A DNA stretch of 64,000 nt from a virus, in the IMG/VR virus record IMGVR_UViG_3300045988_072133, positions 1 to 64,000 of that record, one strand, 5' to 3'. This document shows, in pieces, positions 10,719-22,018 of this stretch. The position numbers and the translations under genes were made by a program. Below the pieces are notes generated by a model. That model saw nothing but the letters and a program-made list of their open reading frames with translations, searched no databases and was not told where the DNA came from. The first letter of the stretch is position 1; each line of letters begins with the position of its first letter.

Positions 10719-13700
10719 TTATTTACACAATTTTTTACGTTCTTCTCCCGACTGAATAAATTCAGCACCTTCGTTAGTTTCAACTTTATTAGGCTCCTCT
10801 CCATAAAAATCTTCTGGAGCAGAATTAGCCATCTCTCCCTCTATCTGAGCTTCTCTCATTATCTCAGCTTCTTCCCAAGTATAAGGCTTATTAGGCTGAG
10901 ATCTCTCTATATTAGAATTATCAATATTAACCTCCCTAATCTTTCTAATCTCATTAATAAGCTTAACTAATGGGCTACCAGCTTCAAAATTATAAATCTG
11001 ACGTTGGTGATTCTTAGCTACAGATTGAGAATCTAAGGGGAAGTTAATTCTTGAACCTTCAATATCTTGCTTCTTCTCGTTGTAAAATCTTACAATAGGA
11101 TAGATCTTCTTAGTTTTATTACCATCTTCATCTGTAGCATATCTCTTTCCAAGAGGGAACTCAAGTGCCATTCTCAGATTAAATGGTAAGATACTATCAT
11201 CGTTGTAATTTGATAACTGCCAAGCATACAAGAAAGCTTCTCTCATAACACCATAACCTCTCTCTTGATAAGAATCTAGCATAGGTTTAATATAATCCCT
11301 ATACATAGAGGCAGGAATAATGTCAATATAATTGAGAGGAGACATCTGAAGTCCTGATTGTAACAAGCAGAACTTCATTAAATCCATTGCAAATTCCTTA
11401 TCTTGTAGATAAAGTTGTTCCCAAGCATAAGTTACAGCATTAGAAGCTAAAGGATCTTTATCTACGTAAGGTTTAATATTATGGATATCTTCTCTTACAG
11501 TATCTAAGATCGGTACTAATGCCTGGAACAAAGGATTATCTTTATATGCAGGCTCAGAACGAAGTCTAGCTAACTTCATAGGTACACTGTTATCACCTAC
11601 CATAAGTCTCTTTCTCTCAGAAATTAAGGTCGTACCATTAGCATCTGGAGTATTGAGAATAATAGCTGTTAAGAAATCATTCTTAAATTTATTAAGACTA
11701 CTTACAGCTTTATAATCAGGAGTAGGAGAGGCTGTGTATCTACTAATCACATCATCAAATAAACCATCTTGTCCATTAGTGAACTGTTCATCTCTAAGTA
11801 GGAGGAAGAGGGGTTTAAAGAAGTCTTTATATTCAGCAACAGCATTCTTATAACCTGCTATATAACCCTCATCGACTAGCTTCTCATAGTTAACTATCTT
11901 CTCACCTGCTGTAAGGCTTTTATGTAACTTCATGAGTAGTTCAGAGAGATTCTTACCACCATCTTTAGTATCATAGGTAGTACCTTGCATAGCATCTGCA
12001 ACATTACGTCCCCATTCAACATACCGAATGAAATCATCAAGAATCTGATTCTGATAAGTTAAATTCTGAGTAGTAATATAACTCTCAAGCTCATCAGCCG
12101 TGAAAACCTTAGCAGGAGCCGCCTCATCGATAGGAGGATATTTCATAGACAGATATGCTCGAATCTCGTTCTTATTATATCGAGCCATAGCTGTGCCAGC
12201 CTTAACCCTAGCTGACTTAGGTGATACATAATTCTCCTGAGCAATCTGAGATTCATATTGTTGCTGTAGCTTTAGGTACTCACGAATGATAGGCTGGTTC
12301 ATGAAGAGGGCTAGAGTATCAGGATGAACCCCTGCCATAGTAAGCATTGTAAGCGTTCCTAATGTTGCAGGAGTAGCCCCTAAATTCACTCCAAAGGGTG
12401 ATTTAGCAGCATCCACAGCAGCACTAATCCACTGATTTAACAGCTCGGAAATAGGAATTTTCTTAGTACCAGCAGTAAACTTTCGTCCGAGCTGAACAAC
12501 ACCATTTTCCTCATTATGCTCAAAATTAATCTGAACTTCTTCTGCAGGTATTCCTAAGTTATACATGGAAGCAAATACGTAGAATTTACCTGCATTAGCT
12601 GCAATACCTACCTCTTTCTTACCAGCCATATAATTCTCAGCAACCTGTAGAACATATGTAGGATCTAGAATACTCGGAAGAGCTGCTTTAGATTTATAAT
12701 ACTCAGCTTCCATCTCATAAGTATCTCCAAAGACAGCTTTCATAGCTCTCTTGGCAGAAGCTTCCAAGATGTTAGTCTGAATAGGCGCTATAAAGTTAGA
12801 AGCATTCTCAGCTATGTGAGCAAGTTCTTTCTGAATCTGAGTAATACGATTCTCAATAGCTTTCTTATGAAACTCTTCTTTAGATACCTTAGGAGTCTGT
12901 TCAGTATCAGCAAGCTCTTGTAATAGCTCACTATTACCAAAGAATCCACTCAGAGCTTCAAGGATACCTTCCTTCTTCTCATCCTTAAAAGAGTTAACTA
13001 GTTCCTCATATTGCTCTTCCCAATGAGAATAATCTATGTACTTAAGCTGTCCTTTAACCTTATAATAATTAGGTACATATAAGTACATTTTATCAATATC
13101 GTAGTCAGAACCTGCTTTAGCAACAATCTCTGTAGGTAAGACTATAATATCTCCTGCTGCTTCAGGGAGGAAATCTTTAACGACAATAGTTTCTATTGAG
13201 CTAAGTCCCTGTGTAGGGATACGGAATCCTATAAGCTGTAGCAATTCAGGAGGTACTTTACCTACCTTTGTAATACCCTTAAACGGTGAGGGAAGATATA
13301 CTTCCATAGATGTAATCTTAGGCTTACCATCTACATATTTTACTACGAAGTCTAAGTCTGAAGATTTATACTTACCTTCATTATATGTACGGCTTGCCTT
13401 AGTCTCCCACATGGTTGAAGGCACCTGGAATGCTGCTGTACCATGACGCTTCTGAGAAGTAGTCATACTTGCAGCTCTACTCATAAGGATGCTCTCAATC
13501 TTCTCACGTGTAGGAAGAATATCTATATTAGTAGTACCATCATCAAGATTGTCTAAGAGTTCTATAGCAGTAATGTAATTATCCGCTAATCCCCTTTCAA
13601 TAGCTTCTCGACGTAGAGAATTAACGAGACTTACAATACCCTCTTTAGAAATCTTCCATCCCTTCTTAGTTGCTACAAGACCTAACTCTTTAACAAGTTG

Positions 13701-16700
13701 ATCTCTACCTATAGCGATACGTTGATTATTCAGGCTAATATATTCCTCAGCTAAAGCTTTAACTTTAGGAGCGTTCTCTCCAAAGTGTTCGCTAATCTCT
13801 CCAGCATCAAAAAGCCCATTAAGAATCTGTACCATCATCTGAGTACCAGTAACTACATCATGGTGCTTATGTTCACCAGTATCTACTTGAATACCCCAAT
13901 ATTCCCAATAAGTATCTTGAGTAAGGAGATCTAAAGGCCCAGTATAATTACCTTCAGTATCTACTAAGAAGTTACCTTCTTTATCATAGAAGTCATTAAA
14001 AGGATGCTCTGTATTTGTAACTAATACACCTTCCTCATTAGTAACCGAATTAGTCTTAGTAGTTACACCTTTATTAGCTGAATAGTGTACGGTTACACTA
14101 ACCTGATTCTTAATCATCAGCTCGTGAAGCTTAGAGAGGTTAGTATCTCCTAAAGCCTTCAGAACAGAAGGTATTAGAGGCATCAATGAGAGCTTATAGA
14201 AAGATGGTTTAAATCCTTCAACATTAGCTAAAGGACCAAAGTGTTGGGGTTTTAAGGAATTAAATACTTGAGAACCCCAGCTGCCACGAGTTAAAGGAGA
14301 TTTATGACCATCAAAATCTACAAATACTCTCTCCTCAACAGGAACTCCTGCTCTTTCTTGTACTTCCCATTGATAAAGCTTTTCAGAATCAAGATTCCAA
14401 TCTCCTACTCTAACTTTGAATTCTCGATACGCATCTAATGAAATCATTCCGAAGCCATCACCCTCAGTCATATCTGCATAAGGAGCACTATTGAGACCCA
14501 ACTTATCGGCATTCTTAATAAGAGCTTCTGTCATCATATCCTCAAAGGACTTACTCTTATCAGAGTGTTCATAAGCCTTAAGAACATCATTGCGAAGTGC
14601 CTTATATTTATTATTCTCAGCATCTACAATCTCAGCAATCTGATATAATTGCTTAGAATAGCTAGGAACATCTGAGAATACAGCAGTTCTAAGTATAGGC
14701 TTACCACTTTCATCAGTGAGATTCTCAGCACCATCCATGCGCTTAAAGTCACGTGCTATAGTAGTATTAATACCATCAGATGTTAAGCAGGTTTTCTTAG
14801 AACCCATGGCACCATTGTGACGTTTGAATTCATCACCTAAAGATTTATAGAATATATTATCTCCATATAATATCTTACTTTGCTCAATATTACCGATAGC
14901 ATAATTTACTACTGCGTGACGTATCCAGCTTATGACGTTAGATTTAGAGTACTGATTAGTAGTAGGATTAGTACTTAGCTTTAGAGACATATTCAATACT
15001 TGATCATTAGCTAGTTCTTTAAGACCTCCTAGGTCTATTAGCTTATCATAAGCATTGCTAGTCCAAGTATTAATCATCCTCTCTATACGAGTAGATAATA
15101 CATCTCTACCTATAGTATTAAGAACTCTATCTGCAAAATCATTAGGAGATTCAGCAGTATCTACTAAGAATTCTTTAATCTCATTAGGAGTCAACAAACT
15201 TTCAATTACTGTACCCTTAGTATAGTTCTTGTTAAAGTTTGTAAATGCTCTATCCTTGATATGAGATCTAGCAATTTCATCCCATAAGTAACCTCTGAAA
15301 ATATCTATAACTTCTCCACGAGTAGTATTTACATTAATCCAAGTGTCTCCATGATCTAGGAATCGCTCTTGACCATTATCAGCAGGTCTCATAATATTAT
15401 CCCTACCTTCCATAGTCATATTAAGGACTGTAGAAAGCTTATCTATAAGCTTCATATCCTTATAATCCGTTCCTGTACCATTAGAATTCTCTCTATTACC
15501 CTCATGTATCAAGATTGATAATTTAGGAGTTCTCCGATCTACAAGAGCTCTATTAAGTAACAAAGAGTGCGTTACGTAAATATTATGAGAAGGATCTAGA
15601 TGAGGCATCTCTGAATATAGCTTCTCAGGGTTATCTATAACTCGATTAATCTTATTGATTGTCTGATTAATATAACCAGGCTTTTGAAGATCATAAATTC
15701 TTTCATCTCCAAGCGAAATGTGAGAATTTTCTAGAGTTTCTATACCAAGATTTGATTGTATATCTAAGAAAGCATCTAAGTTCTCATTCTCTCCATCACG
15801 GTTCTCATTTACAATAGGAGTCTTTAAAGATCCCTTAAGTATCTGATAGTAAACCTGTCCTATCTTATCCAAAAATCTCTTAGTATGCAAAGCTTTTTGA
15901 AGAGTCTCAGGATTGTTGATATCATAGGTTATTCCTAAGATACGTAAGAACTCTTCAGCATTATCAGCAGTAGGGATACGAGGGAAAGCTTTCTTAATAG
16001 CATCTGCATTATATTGCCAAACTTTATATTTATTACGGTTATAAAATTTGATAATATCAGGGTTACCTTCTAACAACCACTTAGATAACTGAGCTCTCCA
16101 TGCTCCTGCAATGCGAGCTCTATGACCTACAGTAGAAGCATTAAAGATAGTGTACTGTCCATTAGCTTTAGTAATACCTATAAGATAATTATTCTTGTTA
16201 TTATTAAACGCCTGCATGAACTGTACAACCTGAAGCATATCTGAAGCAGACCAGGAATCAACTTTATCTAACTTGAGCCAAGAAGGAACTACTTGAGTAA
16301 TTATCTCTCCTTCGGGAGTCCTAAGTGAAACAACCTCATCTCTAATGAGAGGATAAATAGCAGGATACTCTTCAGCAACTTGAGACAACCTCTTCTGCAA
16401 CTCTTGCATGGAAATGCTAGTAGGAAGATTAGCTAACTTATTTGCTAAGATATTAAAGACCTTACCAAAAGGTTCAACCTCAGGCATTCCTAAGCTATTC
16501 TTATAAGGTATAGCTTCCCGAGTCTTAAAATCATAATATTTCTTAGGTAAAGTACTAAGAAGTAGCTTTATGATTTTATTAGAGTTCATCTTACTACTTA
16601 CAGTAATAGATTCCGCAAATAAAGCGGCAGAGTCTCGACCTTGATTATTCTCACCACCTGAGATCTCAGAGGCAGATTCTTGATAGTCTTCAGAAGTATT

Positions 16701-19700
16701 TAACTCTAATTTATATTGTGCTAGCCGCTCTTGCTGATGTAAAGCTTTGATTCCCTTAGGATCATTCCAAGTTTCTAGAACTTTTTGTAACTTCTCAAGA
16801 TCAGAGAGATATTGCTCCATCAAATTAGGATCTGCGAAAGCTATAGAAGATAGAATTTCATTGTATCGACCTACAAACTCATTATGAGCAAACTCATAAG
16901 CCTCAGACACAATCTTAGCATTTTCTGACTGCAGTATATCAATTAGATTACCATTCTCCTTAAAGTACTGTAGGAACCAATAGTGTAAACTATTTACAGC
17001 GTCTGCTGTAGTAATAGCATCTAAACCTGGGATAACCTTATAGTGAGGAGATGTTGCTTTTAATGTAAGATAATCATTTGTAAGAAAATCTTTATTACGA
17101 ACTCTCTCTACAATAGATTGTATACTTTGAGTCCATTCCCTATTGGGTTTACCAAGATGCCGAATGCTATTATATAACCTTGTTAATTGATACTTGATAT
17201 ACTTAAAGATCTTCTTAATAAAGTTATTATCTTCATCCTCAGTTACCATAAAGTCTGCAAAAGCTTCAGCTAGAACCTCTTCAGCTAATTCTTCACTACT
17301 TAATTCAGGATATAAAGGTTTTAATGAATCAAAATTACTTTTATACTCATCATTATTGAGAGCTTCCCTTACTAGGTTAGCTTTCTCATCGGCTGTAAGT
17401 AAGCAGTCTAAAATAACGTGAAATGCCTCATGATATACAGACTCTGCGCCAGTACCTTGATATACAGTAACTACACTATCCTCAAATTTACCAACTACAT
17501 TCTTAGCAATAGCAGACTTAACAATCTTGAAGTCAATATCAGGAAACTTCTTCTTAAACCATTCTCCAGCTTTATCTAATTCCTCATTCGCGGAATTACT
17601 CATTTGTTCATATGTCCTGCGGAATTTTGTAACTGTGGAAATACGAACATTATCATTGGACTTCTGTGGTGTAGCGTTTAGATTGTTAGCCATATCTAGG
17701 GCTCTTTGAAGTTGAGCTCTAGTCTTAGGATCTGTAGTGCTTTCAAGCTGCCGCTGAAGTGCTGCTATAGCAGGATTACTTGACAGTGTAGTAGGTTCTG
17801 AAACAGGAGATTTCTTATCCTCTACAAGAGTAAGTTTAGCATTAAATTGAGTAGGATCCTTAACCCCCATTCTGTTAGCAAGGTATGCTTGAGCAGCATT
17901 CGCAACATCTGCTAAAGTAGCTCCCTCTCTGCCAGCGTATTGGTTAAGCTGATCTGCGACAACTATAGGGAAAGCATTCTCCTGATCAGAGCTAACAATA
18001 CTTCTACCATCATATTGAGCTTCAAAGTCAAACCTATTAATATTACCATTCGCAGGATTGGTAACCTCAAGTGTCATCTTTACAGGAGTGCCAGATCTAA
18101 TAGTATCAATAACACTTGCTAAAGACTTCTCCTTAGAAACCTCTTCTTTAGCTTCTGAGACTTCATCAGAAGTAACAGTTTCTACATTCAAAGGATCATA
18201 TGTCACATATCGCTCAGCATGTGCATAAGGACTATTAGGATCTACTACAAAGTCTACTAGATTTTCTCTAACAAAAGCATGGTAATTTTGGTATTTCTTA
18301 GCTCCTAATGTACCATCTTTATTAATCTTAGTAGGGAAGTAATAAGGATCTTTACTTGCAGGATTAATCTTTGAATAACGAGGGTTATAGAAAGCCTTAC
18401 TTAAGAAATTATTAACTTCTGTAAGAAACGCTTCATTAATAACATAGTTACCATTTTCATCTCTTACAGCAGCTTCAATATATCGTTTATCTCCAAACTT
18501 CTTATCCCCAATATTCCACCTTACAGTATTCTGACCATTCTCATCCTTAATATTATATAAAGTACGGGCAGGATCACCATGACTATTATACCTAAGTAAA
18601 TCTCGTAGAACTCCAAAAAAGTCGTAATGTATAAATTCTTTACCACTCCTAAAAGTATATTTACTATTACTTACAAAGGTCTTTCCTTTAATAGATTTAG
18701 CAATATAATGCCTAAATAAATCTACTAAAAACTGCCTAGTTTCTGCCTGAATAGGTACTGAGTTGGCTCTATAGAAATTATTATTCGTAGCATCATGGAT
18801 AGCCATTGTTCCTGCAGGAACAGTAAAGGTTTGGCCATTCTCTGTAATAATTCTACCAGTATTTGAAATATAAATCGTTAAAGTATTTATATCCATATTA
18901 GCAGGTAAACTCTCAGCTAAAGGCTTAAGCTGCGCAGGCTTCTTGATAACATCATCTTTATACTTATCATCAACGATACCCGCACTTGTTCCTTGAATGA
19001 CAACAGGTACACTTACACCATCTTGCAGATGTTCCCAAACATCTCTAATGTAAATAGCTCTATAGTAATCAAAGTCCTTCTGAGTACCATAGTACTTACC
19101 ATCAGCATTAGTTGTAGGATCTGCTACAGTAGTATAGATAGCTCTATTAGGATCAAACTCCTTCCCAATCGAGTTACCATCAGCATCTATATAATTTCCT
19201 TCGTGATCCGTGAGAATTAATCTCCCAGCAGTCTTACCTTCATATTTGAAAGGTACTATAATACCTCTATATTGAGAAGCATCATGTTTATCAAGGAAGT
19301 CAAACCATCGTATTTGATCCACATTGCCATTCTCACGGCTAGCTATATCAGAGCCTTTGGAACCTCGCCAGTAATTCTCTGCAGATCTCTTGGGAGGATC
19401 CCACAAAGCATCATTAGCTTCAGGAGTATCAAAGCTATCAGAACGAACAAATTCTATCTCCTGAGCATCGTTATTCTCAGGATTAGCATCCTTAATTTCT
19501 TCTCCAGATGCTTTAATAATCCTATCTTGAGCTCGATGATATAAATCATCAATTTCTTCGATAGCTTCTTCACTAAGAGCTGAGTCATTCTTATATCGCT
19601 CTCTCCAAATAGCTAGATCATCAAGACTCTTCAGTTCATCTACTTCCTTACGAAGCTCCTTACGTTCAGCAGGAGTAAAAAATTTGACTTCAGGAGTAGC

Positions 19701-22013
19701 AGGAGTAGGTTCAGCCGCTTCCGTAGTTTCAACAGGTTCAACATTTTCCTCTCTATAAGATTCTAAGTCTGCAGAATTTACAGGACGCTCAACACCATTC
19801 TCTTCTAATAAAGGCATGCTGTAAGTACCTAGCTCATCATCATAGCCCCGAAGGAAATAATTATCCCCATCCTTAACTACTTGAGCTCTATTAGTAAGTA
19901 TAGGTTGATTATTATCATCATACTGTACTAAAGGCTTATTCACCTTAGATTCAACTGCTTGCTTTTCAGCTTCAGCAGCTATTCTTTGTAGTCTCTCAAC
20001 TTCGGTCTCAAGCCACTTCTCTTGATACTCTTTCTTAGTAATCTCCTTATATTCCTTATCAACATCATCTAAAGCTTTCTTAACATCTCTATACTGTTTA
20101 ATACGGTCAGTAAGAGTTTTATAAGCTTCAGGAGCTTCAGATTGTGCTAAGGTTTTTGCATTAGCTTCGAAGTTAAGATCTTTATCTAAGCTCACATTAT
20201 AAACAGGAGATTTTGCACTTAAGGATTCATTTAAATCTGTAAGTTTATTCTGAATATCCCTGTATAAATCTTTACTCCAGGTTTGAAGAGTATTATGTCG
20301 TATACGATTGTCAAAGATCTCTTGGCTATTAGGATTATGTGAAGCTAAGATATACTCATTCTCAGATTCATTAATGTATTCTTTCAACTTCTGAGCTTGC
20401 TCTCTTTCCTCAGGAGTTCTGCTAGTATCATTAATAATATCTTCTGTAGATCTCTCTAATGCTGTAATAGTACCATTCTGAATAGATTCAGTAATGAGAT
20501 CTGCAGCCTCCTTATTCCACATAGCATCCGCTGTTACATCATCTCCCCTAGAGATAGCTTCAGCTTTTAATGCCTCGGCTTGAACAATATTATTAAGCTT
20601 ATTATTAATTCCCTTAATAAATTCTTGTTGCTTAACATATGATTGATATTCCTCATCACGACGTTTACGACCTAGAATATCTCCAGAAGCTACATTAGCA
20701 ACAACTCTAGATACAGCTCTTTGTCCAGGGCCTGTGACTGCTCCCATAAGACCTTCTACAATAGCCTGCTTTGAAGTACCAAAGGCAAGAGCTCTATCCC
20801 AGAAAGTATCCCCCAGCTTCTCATCTTCCTCAGTTAAAGTACCAGCAGCTTTACGAACCTGATATTCTCCCTCCATCTGAAGAATATTCTGTCCAATTTC
20901 TTCGGCACCTTCCTTAGCTCCCTGAATAAGTATATTATCTGCAGAAAGCTTACCTAGGTTCTTAATAGCCTTGAGTTTCTCCTTAGGATTAGTAAGAAGT
21001 GCTTGCCTAAAAGCTCCTTTACTTTTAACGAGACCATGAAGACCTATGGCATCGGTTAGCATGAATATTCTATTGTTACGGACGAATTCAGCCTGTTCTT
21101 TGCCTATTCTAGCTTGTACCTCAGTGTCATTATTAAACTCATCTTCTGCTAACTTACGAGCATTCTCAATACTTAAAGGAATAGGAGAATCTTTGAACTG
21201 CTCATAGTATTCCTGAGCTTTAGATTCTATATACTGCTGCTTAGCATTCTCTCCAAGCTCTATAGCCATCATCTGACCCTCTGCATAGTTAGTAATAGTA
21301 CCAGCGGCAACATCCTTAGCTATCTGTCCTAAAGTATTAGCTAATACCTTAGTTCCTGTTGAAGCATTCATAGCTGCTGATGCTCTACCTACTAAAGCTC
21401 CTAATCTACTGAGTTTAGCAACTGCTCCAATACCTTTTGCAACAAGACCACCAGGTATAGCGAACCCTATTGTAGAATCTATCATGCCTCTAAGGGTACT
21501 AAATTTAAAAAATTGTCCCAAAGCAGTATCACTCTCAGTTTCATATATAGGCATAGCCTCATAAAGATCTTCTTTAAAGCTACGCATAGCATTGGATAAC
21601 CAGTTATCACGATCATTATCCAACTTCTTCAAAGTATTATAATGTCCTTCAACGTCTAGTATATACCCTATATCCTCAAGAGCTGTAGCTAAGCCACTGA
21701 TGGCACCGCTAACTAATGCATTAGTAGCTTTAAGAAACGCGGATTGTTCTTTAGCTCTATGATCCTGATAGTTGAGTAGATCTTCATCTGTATGGATAGA
21801 TTCATCATACTTACTGAAATTAGGAAGCATATAACCTATTTCCTCTATAGCAGGTTTTTCAGATAACCTTTTAACATTCTCAGCCTTATACTGAGTAGGA
21901 GATGTCCCCATTAAAATGTCAGCTATAGTATTAGCCTGCTGGATAAGAGAGGGAATGCCCTTCATTCCCCCTACTCCAGTCTCTCTAGGATCCTTTACAT
22001 CATTTTCTCCCAT
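10719..22013 (-). CDS. giant virion-packaged RNA polymerase candidate (crAss-like vRNAP, 3764 aa)
   Basis: 11.3 kb ORF; aspartate triad AGSDYDIDKMY (nt 13093-13107 on - strand) matches the DxDxD catalytic motif of two-barrel RNAPs as reported for crAss-like vRNAPs; position beside the convergence point as in crAss-like genomes. Confidence 0.55.
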   Translation of the reverse strand: MGENDVKDPRETGVGGMKGIPSLIQQANTIADILMGTSPTQYKAENVKRLSEKPAIEEIGYMLPNFSKYDESIHTDEDLLNYQDHRAKEQSAFLKATNALVSGAISGLATALEDIGYILDVEGHYNTLKKLDNDRDNWLSNAMRSFKEDLYEAMPIYETESDTALGQFFKFSTLRGMIDSTIGFAIPGGLVAKGIGAVAKLSRLGALVGRASAAMNASTGTKVLANTLGQIAKDVAAGTITNYAEGQMMAIELGENAKQQYIESKAQEYYEQFKDSPIPLSIENARKLAEDEFNNDTEVQARIGKEQAEFVRNNRIFMLTDAIGLHGLVKSKGAFRQALLTNPKEKLKAIKNLGKLSADNILIQGAKEGAEEIGQNILQMEGEYQVRKAAGTLTEEDEKLGDTFWDRALAFGTSKQAIVEGLMGAVTGPGQRAVSRVVANVASGDILGRKRRDEEYQSYVKQQEFIKGINNKLNNIVQAEALKAEAISRGDDVTADAMWNKEAADLITESIQNGTITALERSTEDIINDTSRTPEEREQAQKLKEYINESENEYILASHNPNSQEIFDNRIRHNTLQTWSKDLYRDIQNKLTDLNESLSAKSPVYNVSLDKDLNFEANAKTLAQSEAPEAYKTLTDRIKQYRDVKKALDDVDKEYKEITKKEYQEKWLETEVERLQRIAAEAEKQAVESKVNKPLVQYDDNNQPILTNRAQVVKDGDNYFLRGYDDELGTYSMPLLEENGVERPVNSADLESYREENVEPVETTEAAEPTPATPEVKFFTPAERKELRKEVDELKSLDDLAIWRERYKNDSALSEEAIEEIDDLYHRAQDRIIKASGEEIKDANPENNDAQEIEFVRSDSFDTPEANDALWDPPKRSAENYWRGSKGSDIASRENGNVDQIRWFDFLDKHDASQYRGIIVPFKYEGKTAGRLILTDHEGNYIDADGNSIGKEFDPNRAIYTTVADPTTNADGKYYGTQKDFDYYRAIYIRDVWEHLQDGVSVPVVIQGTSAGIVDDKYKDDVIKKPAQLKPLAESLPANMDINTLTIYISNTGRIITENGQTFTVPAGTMAIHDATNNNFYRANSVPIQAETRQFLVDLFRHYIAKSIKGKTFVSNSKYTFRSGKEFIHYDFFGVLRDLLRYNSHGDPARTLYNIKDENGQNTVRWNIGDKKFGDKRYIEAAVRDENGNYVINEAFLTEVNNFLSKAFYNPRYSKINPASKDPYYFPTKINKDGTLGAKKYQNYHAFVRENLVDFVVDPNSPYAHAERYVTYDPLNVETVTSDEVSEAKEEVSKEKSLASVIDTIRSGTPVKMTLEVTNPANGNINRFDFEAQYDGRSIVSSDQENAFPIVVADQLNQYAGREGATLADVANAAQAYLANRMGVKDPTQFNAKLTLVEDKKSPVSEPTTLSSNPAIAALQRQLESTTDPKTRAQLQRALDMANNLNATPQKSNDNVRISTVTKFRRTYEQMSNSANEELDKAGEWFKKKFPDIDFKIVKSAIAKNVVGKFEDSVVTVYQGTGAESVYHEAFHVILDCLLTADEKANLVREALNNDEYKSNFDSLKPLYPELSSEELAEEVLAEAFADFMVTEDEDNNFIKKIFKYIKYQLTRLYNSIRHLGKPNREWTQSIQSIVERVRNKDFLTNDYLTLKATSPHYKVIPGLDAITTADAVNSLHYWFLQYFKENGNLIDILQSENAKIVSEAYEFAHNEFVGRYNEILSSIAFADPNLMEQYLSDLEKLQKVLETWNDPKGIKALHQQERLAQYKLELNTSEDYQESASEISGGENNQGRDSAALFAESITVSSKMNSNKIIKLLLSTLPKKYYDFKTREAIPYKNSLGMPEVEPFGKVFNILANKLANLPTSISMQELQKRLSQVAEEYPAIYPLIRDEVVSLRTPEGEIITQVVPSWLKLDKVDSWSASDMLQVVQFMQAFNNNKNNYLIGITKANGQYTIFNASTVGHRARIAGAWRAQLSKWLLEGNPDIIKFYNRNKYKVWQYNADAIKKAFPRIPTADNAEEFLRILGITYDINNPETLQKALHTKRFLDKIGQVYYQILKGSLKTPIVNENRDGENENLDAFLDIQSNLGIETLENSHISLGDERIYDLQKPGYINQTINKINRVIDNPEKLYSEMPHLDPSHNIYVTHSLLLNRALVDRRTPKLSILIHEGNRENSNGTGTDYKDMKLIDKLSTVLNMTMEGRDNIMRPADNGQERFLDHGDTWINVNTTRGEVIDIFRGYLWDEIARSHIKDRAFTNFNKNYTKGTVIESLLTPNEIKEFLVDTAESPNDFADRVLNTIGRDVLSTRIERMINTWTSNAYDKLIDLGGLKELANDQVLNMSLKLSTNPTTNQYSKSNVISWIRHAVVNYAIGNIEQSKILYGDNIFYKSLGDEFKRHNGAMGSKKTCLTSDGINTTIARDFKRMDGAENLTDESGKPILRTAVFSDVPSYSKQLYQIAEIVDAENNKYKALRNDVLKAYEHSDKSKSFEDMMTEALIKNADKLGLNSAPYADMTEGDGFGMISLDAYREFKVRVGDWNLDSEKLYQWEVQERAGVPVEERVFVDFDGHKSPLTRGSWGSQVFNSLKPQHFGPLANVEGFKPSFYKLSLMPLIPSVLKALGDTNLSKLHELMIKNQVSVTVHYSANKGVTTKTNSVTNEEGVLVTNTEHPFNDFYDKEGNFLVDTEGNYTGPLDLLTQDTYWEYWGIQVDTGEHKHHDVVTGTQMMVQILNGLFDAGEISEHFGENAPKVKALAEEYISLNNQRIAIGRDQLVKELGLVATKKGWKISKEGIVSLVNSLRREAIERGLADNYITAIELLDNLDDGTTNIDILPTREKIESILMSRAASMTTSQKRHGTAAFQVPSTMWETKASRTYNEGKYKSSDLDFVVKYVDGKPKITSMEVYLPSPFKGITKVGKVPPELLQLIGFRIPTQGLSSIETIVVKDFLPEAAGDIIVLPTEIVAKAGSDYDIDKMYLYVPNYYKVKGQLKYIDYSHWEEQYEELVNSFKDEKKEGILEALSGFFGNSELLQELADTEQTPKVSKEEFHKKAIENRITQIQKELAHIAENASNFIAPIQTNILEASAKRAMKAVFGDTYEMEAEYYKSKAALPSILDPTYVLQVAENYMAGKKEVGIAANAGKFYVFASMYNLGIPAEEVQINFEHNEENGVVQLGRKFTAGTKKIPISELLNQWISAAVDAAKSPFGVNLGATPATLGTLTMLTMAGVHPDTLALFMNQPIIREYLKLQQQYESQIAQENYVSPKSARVKAGTAMARYNKNEIRAYLSMKYPPIDEAAPAKVFTADELESYITTQNLTYQNQILDDFIRYVEWGRNVADAMQGTTYDTKDGGKNLSELLMKLHKSLTAGEKIVNYEKLVDEGYIAGYKNAVAEYKDFFKPLFLLLRDEQFTNGQDGLFDDVISRYTASPTPDYKAVSSLNKFKNDFLTAIILNTPDANGTTLISERKRLMVGDNSVPMKLARLRSEPAYKDNPLFQALVPILDTVREDIHNIKPYVDKDPLASNAVTYAWEQLYLQDKEFAMDLMKFCLLQSGLQMSPLNYIDIIPASMYRDYIKPMLDSYQERGYGVMREAFLYAWQLSNYNDDSILPFNLRMALEFPLGKRYATDEDGNKTKKIYPIVRFYNEKKQDIEGSRINFPLDSQSVAKNHQRQIYNFEAGSPLVKLINEIRKIREVNIDNSNIERSQPNKPYTWEEAEIMREAQIEGEMANSAPEDFYGEEPNKVETNEGAEFIQSGEERKKLCK

Positions 22014-22018
22014 AGTAA

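Noticed and set aside
6263-19544. Numerous 60-113 aa plus-strand ORFs (6263-6577, 7175-7429, 7588-7782, 8113-8310, 8764-9081, 10330-10671, 17194-17421, 17527-17709, 17940-18122, 18993-19220, 19272-19544)
   Set aside because: All lie antisense inside the 1715-aa and 3764-aa minus-strand genes, are low-complexity (I/L/S-rich), and arise as shadow frames in AT-rich sequence; no independent signals.
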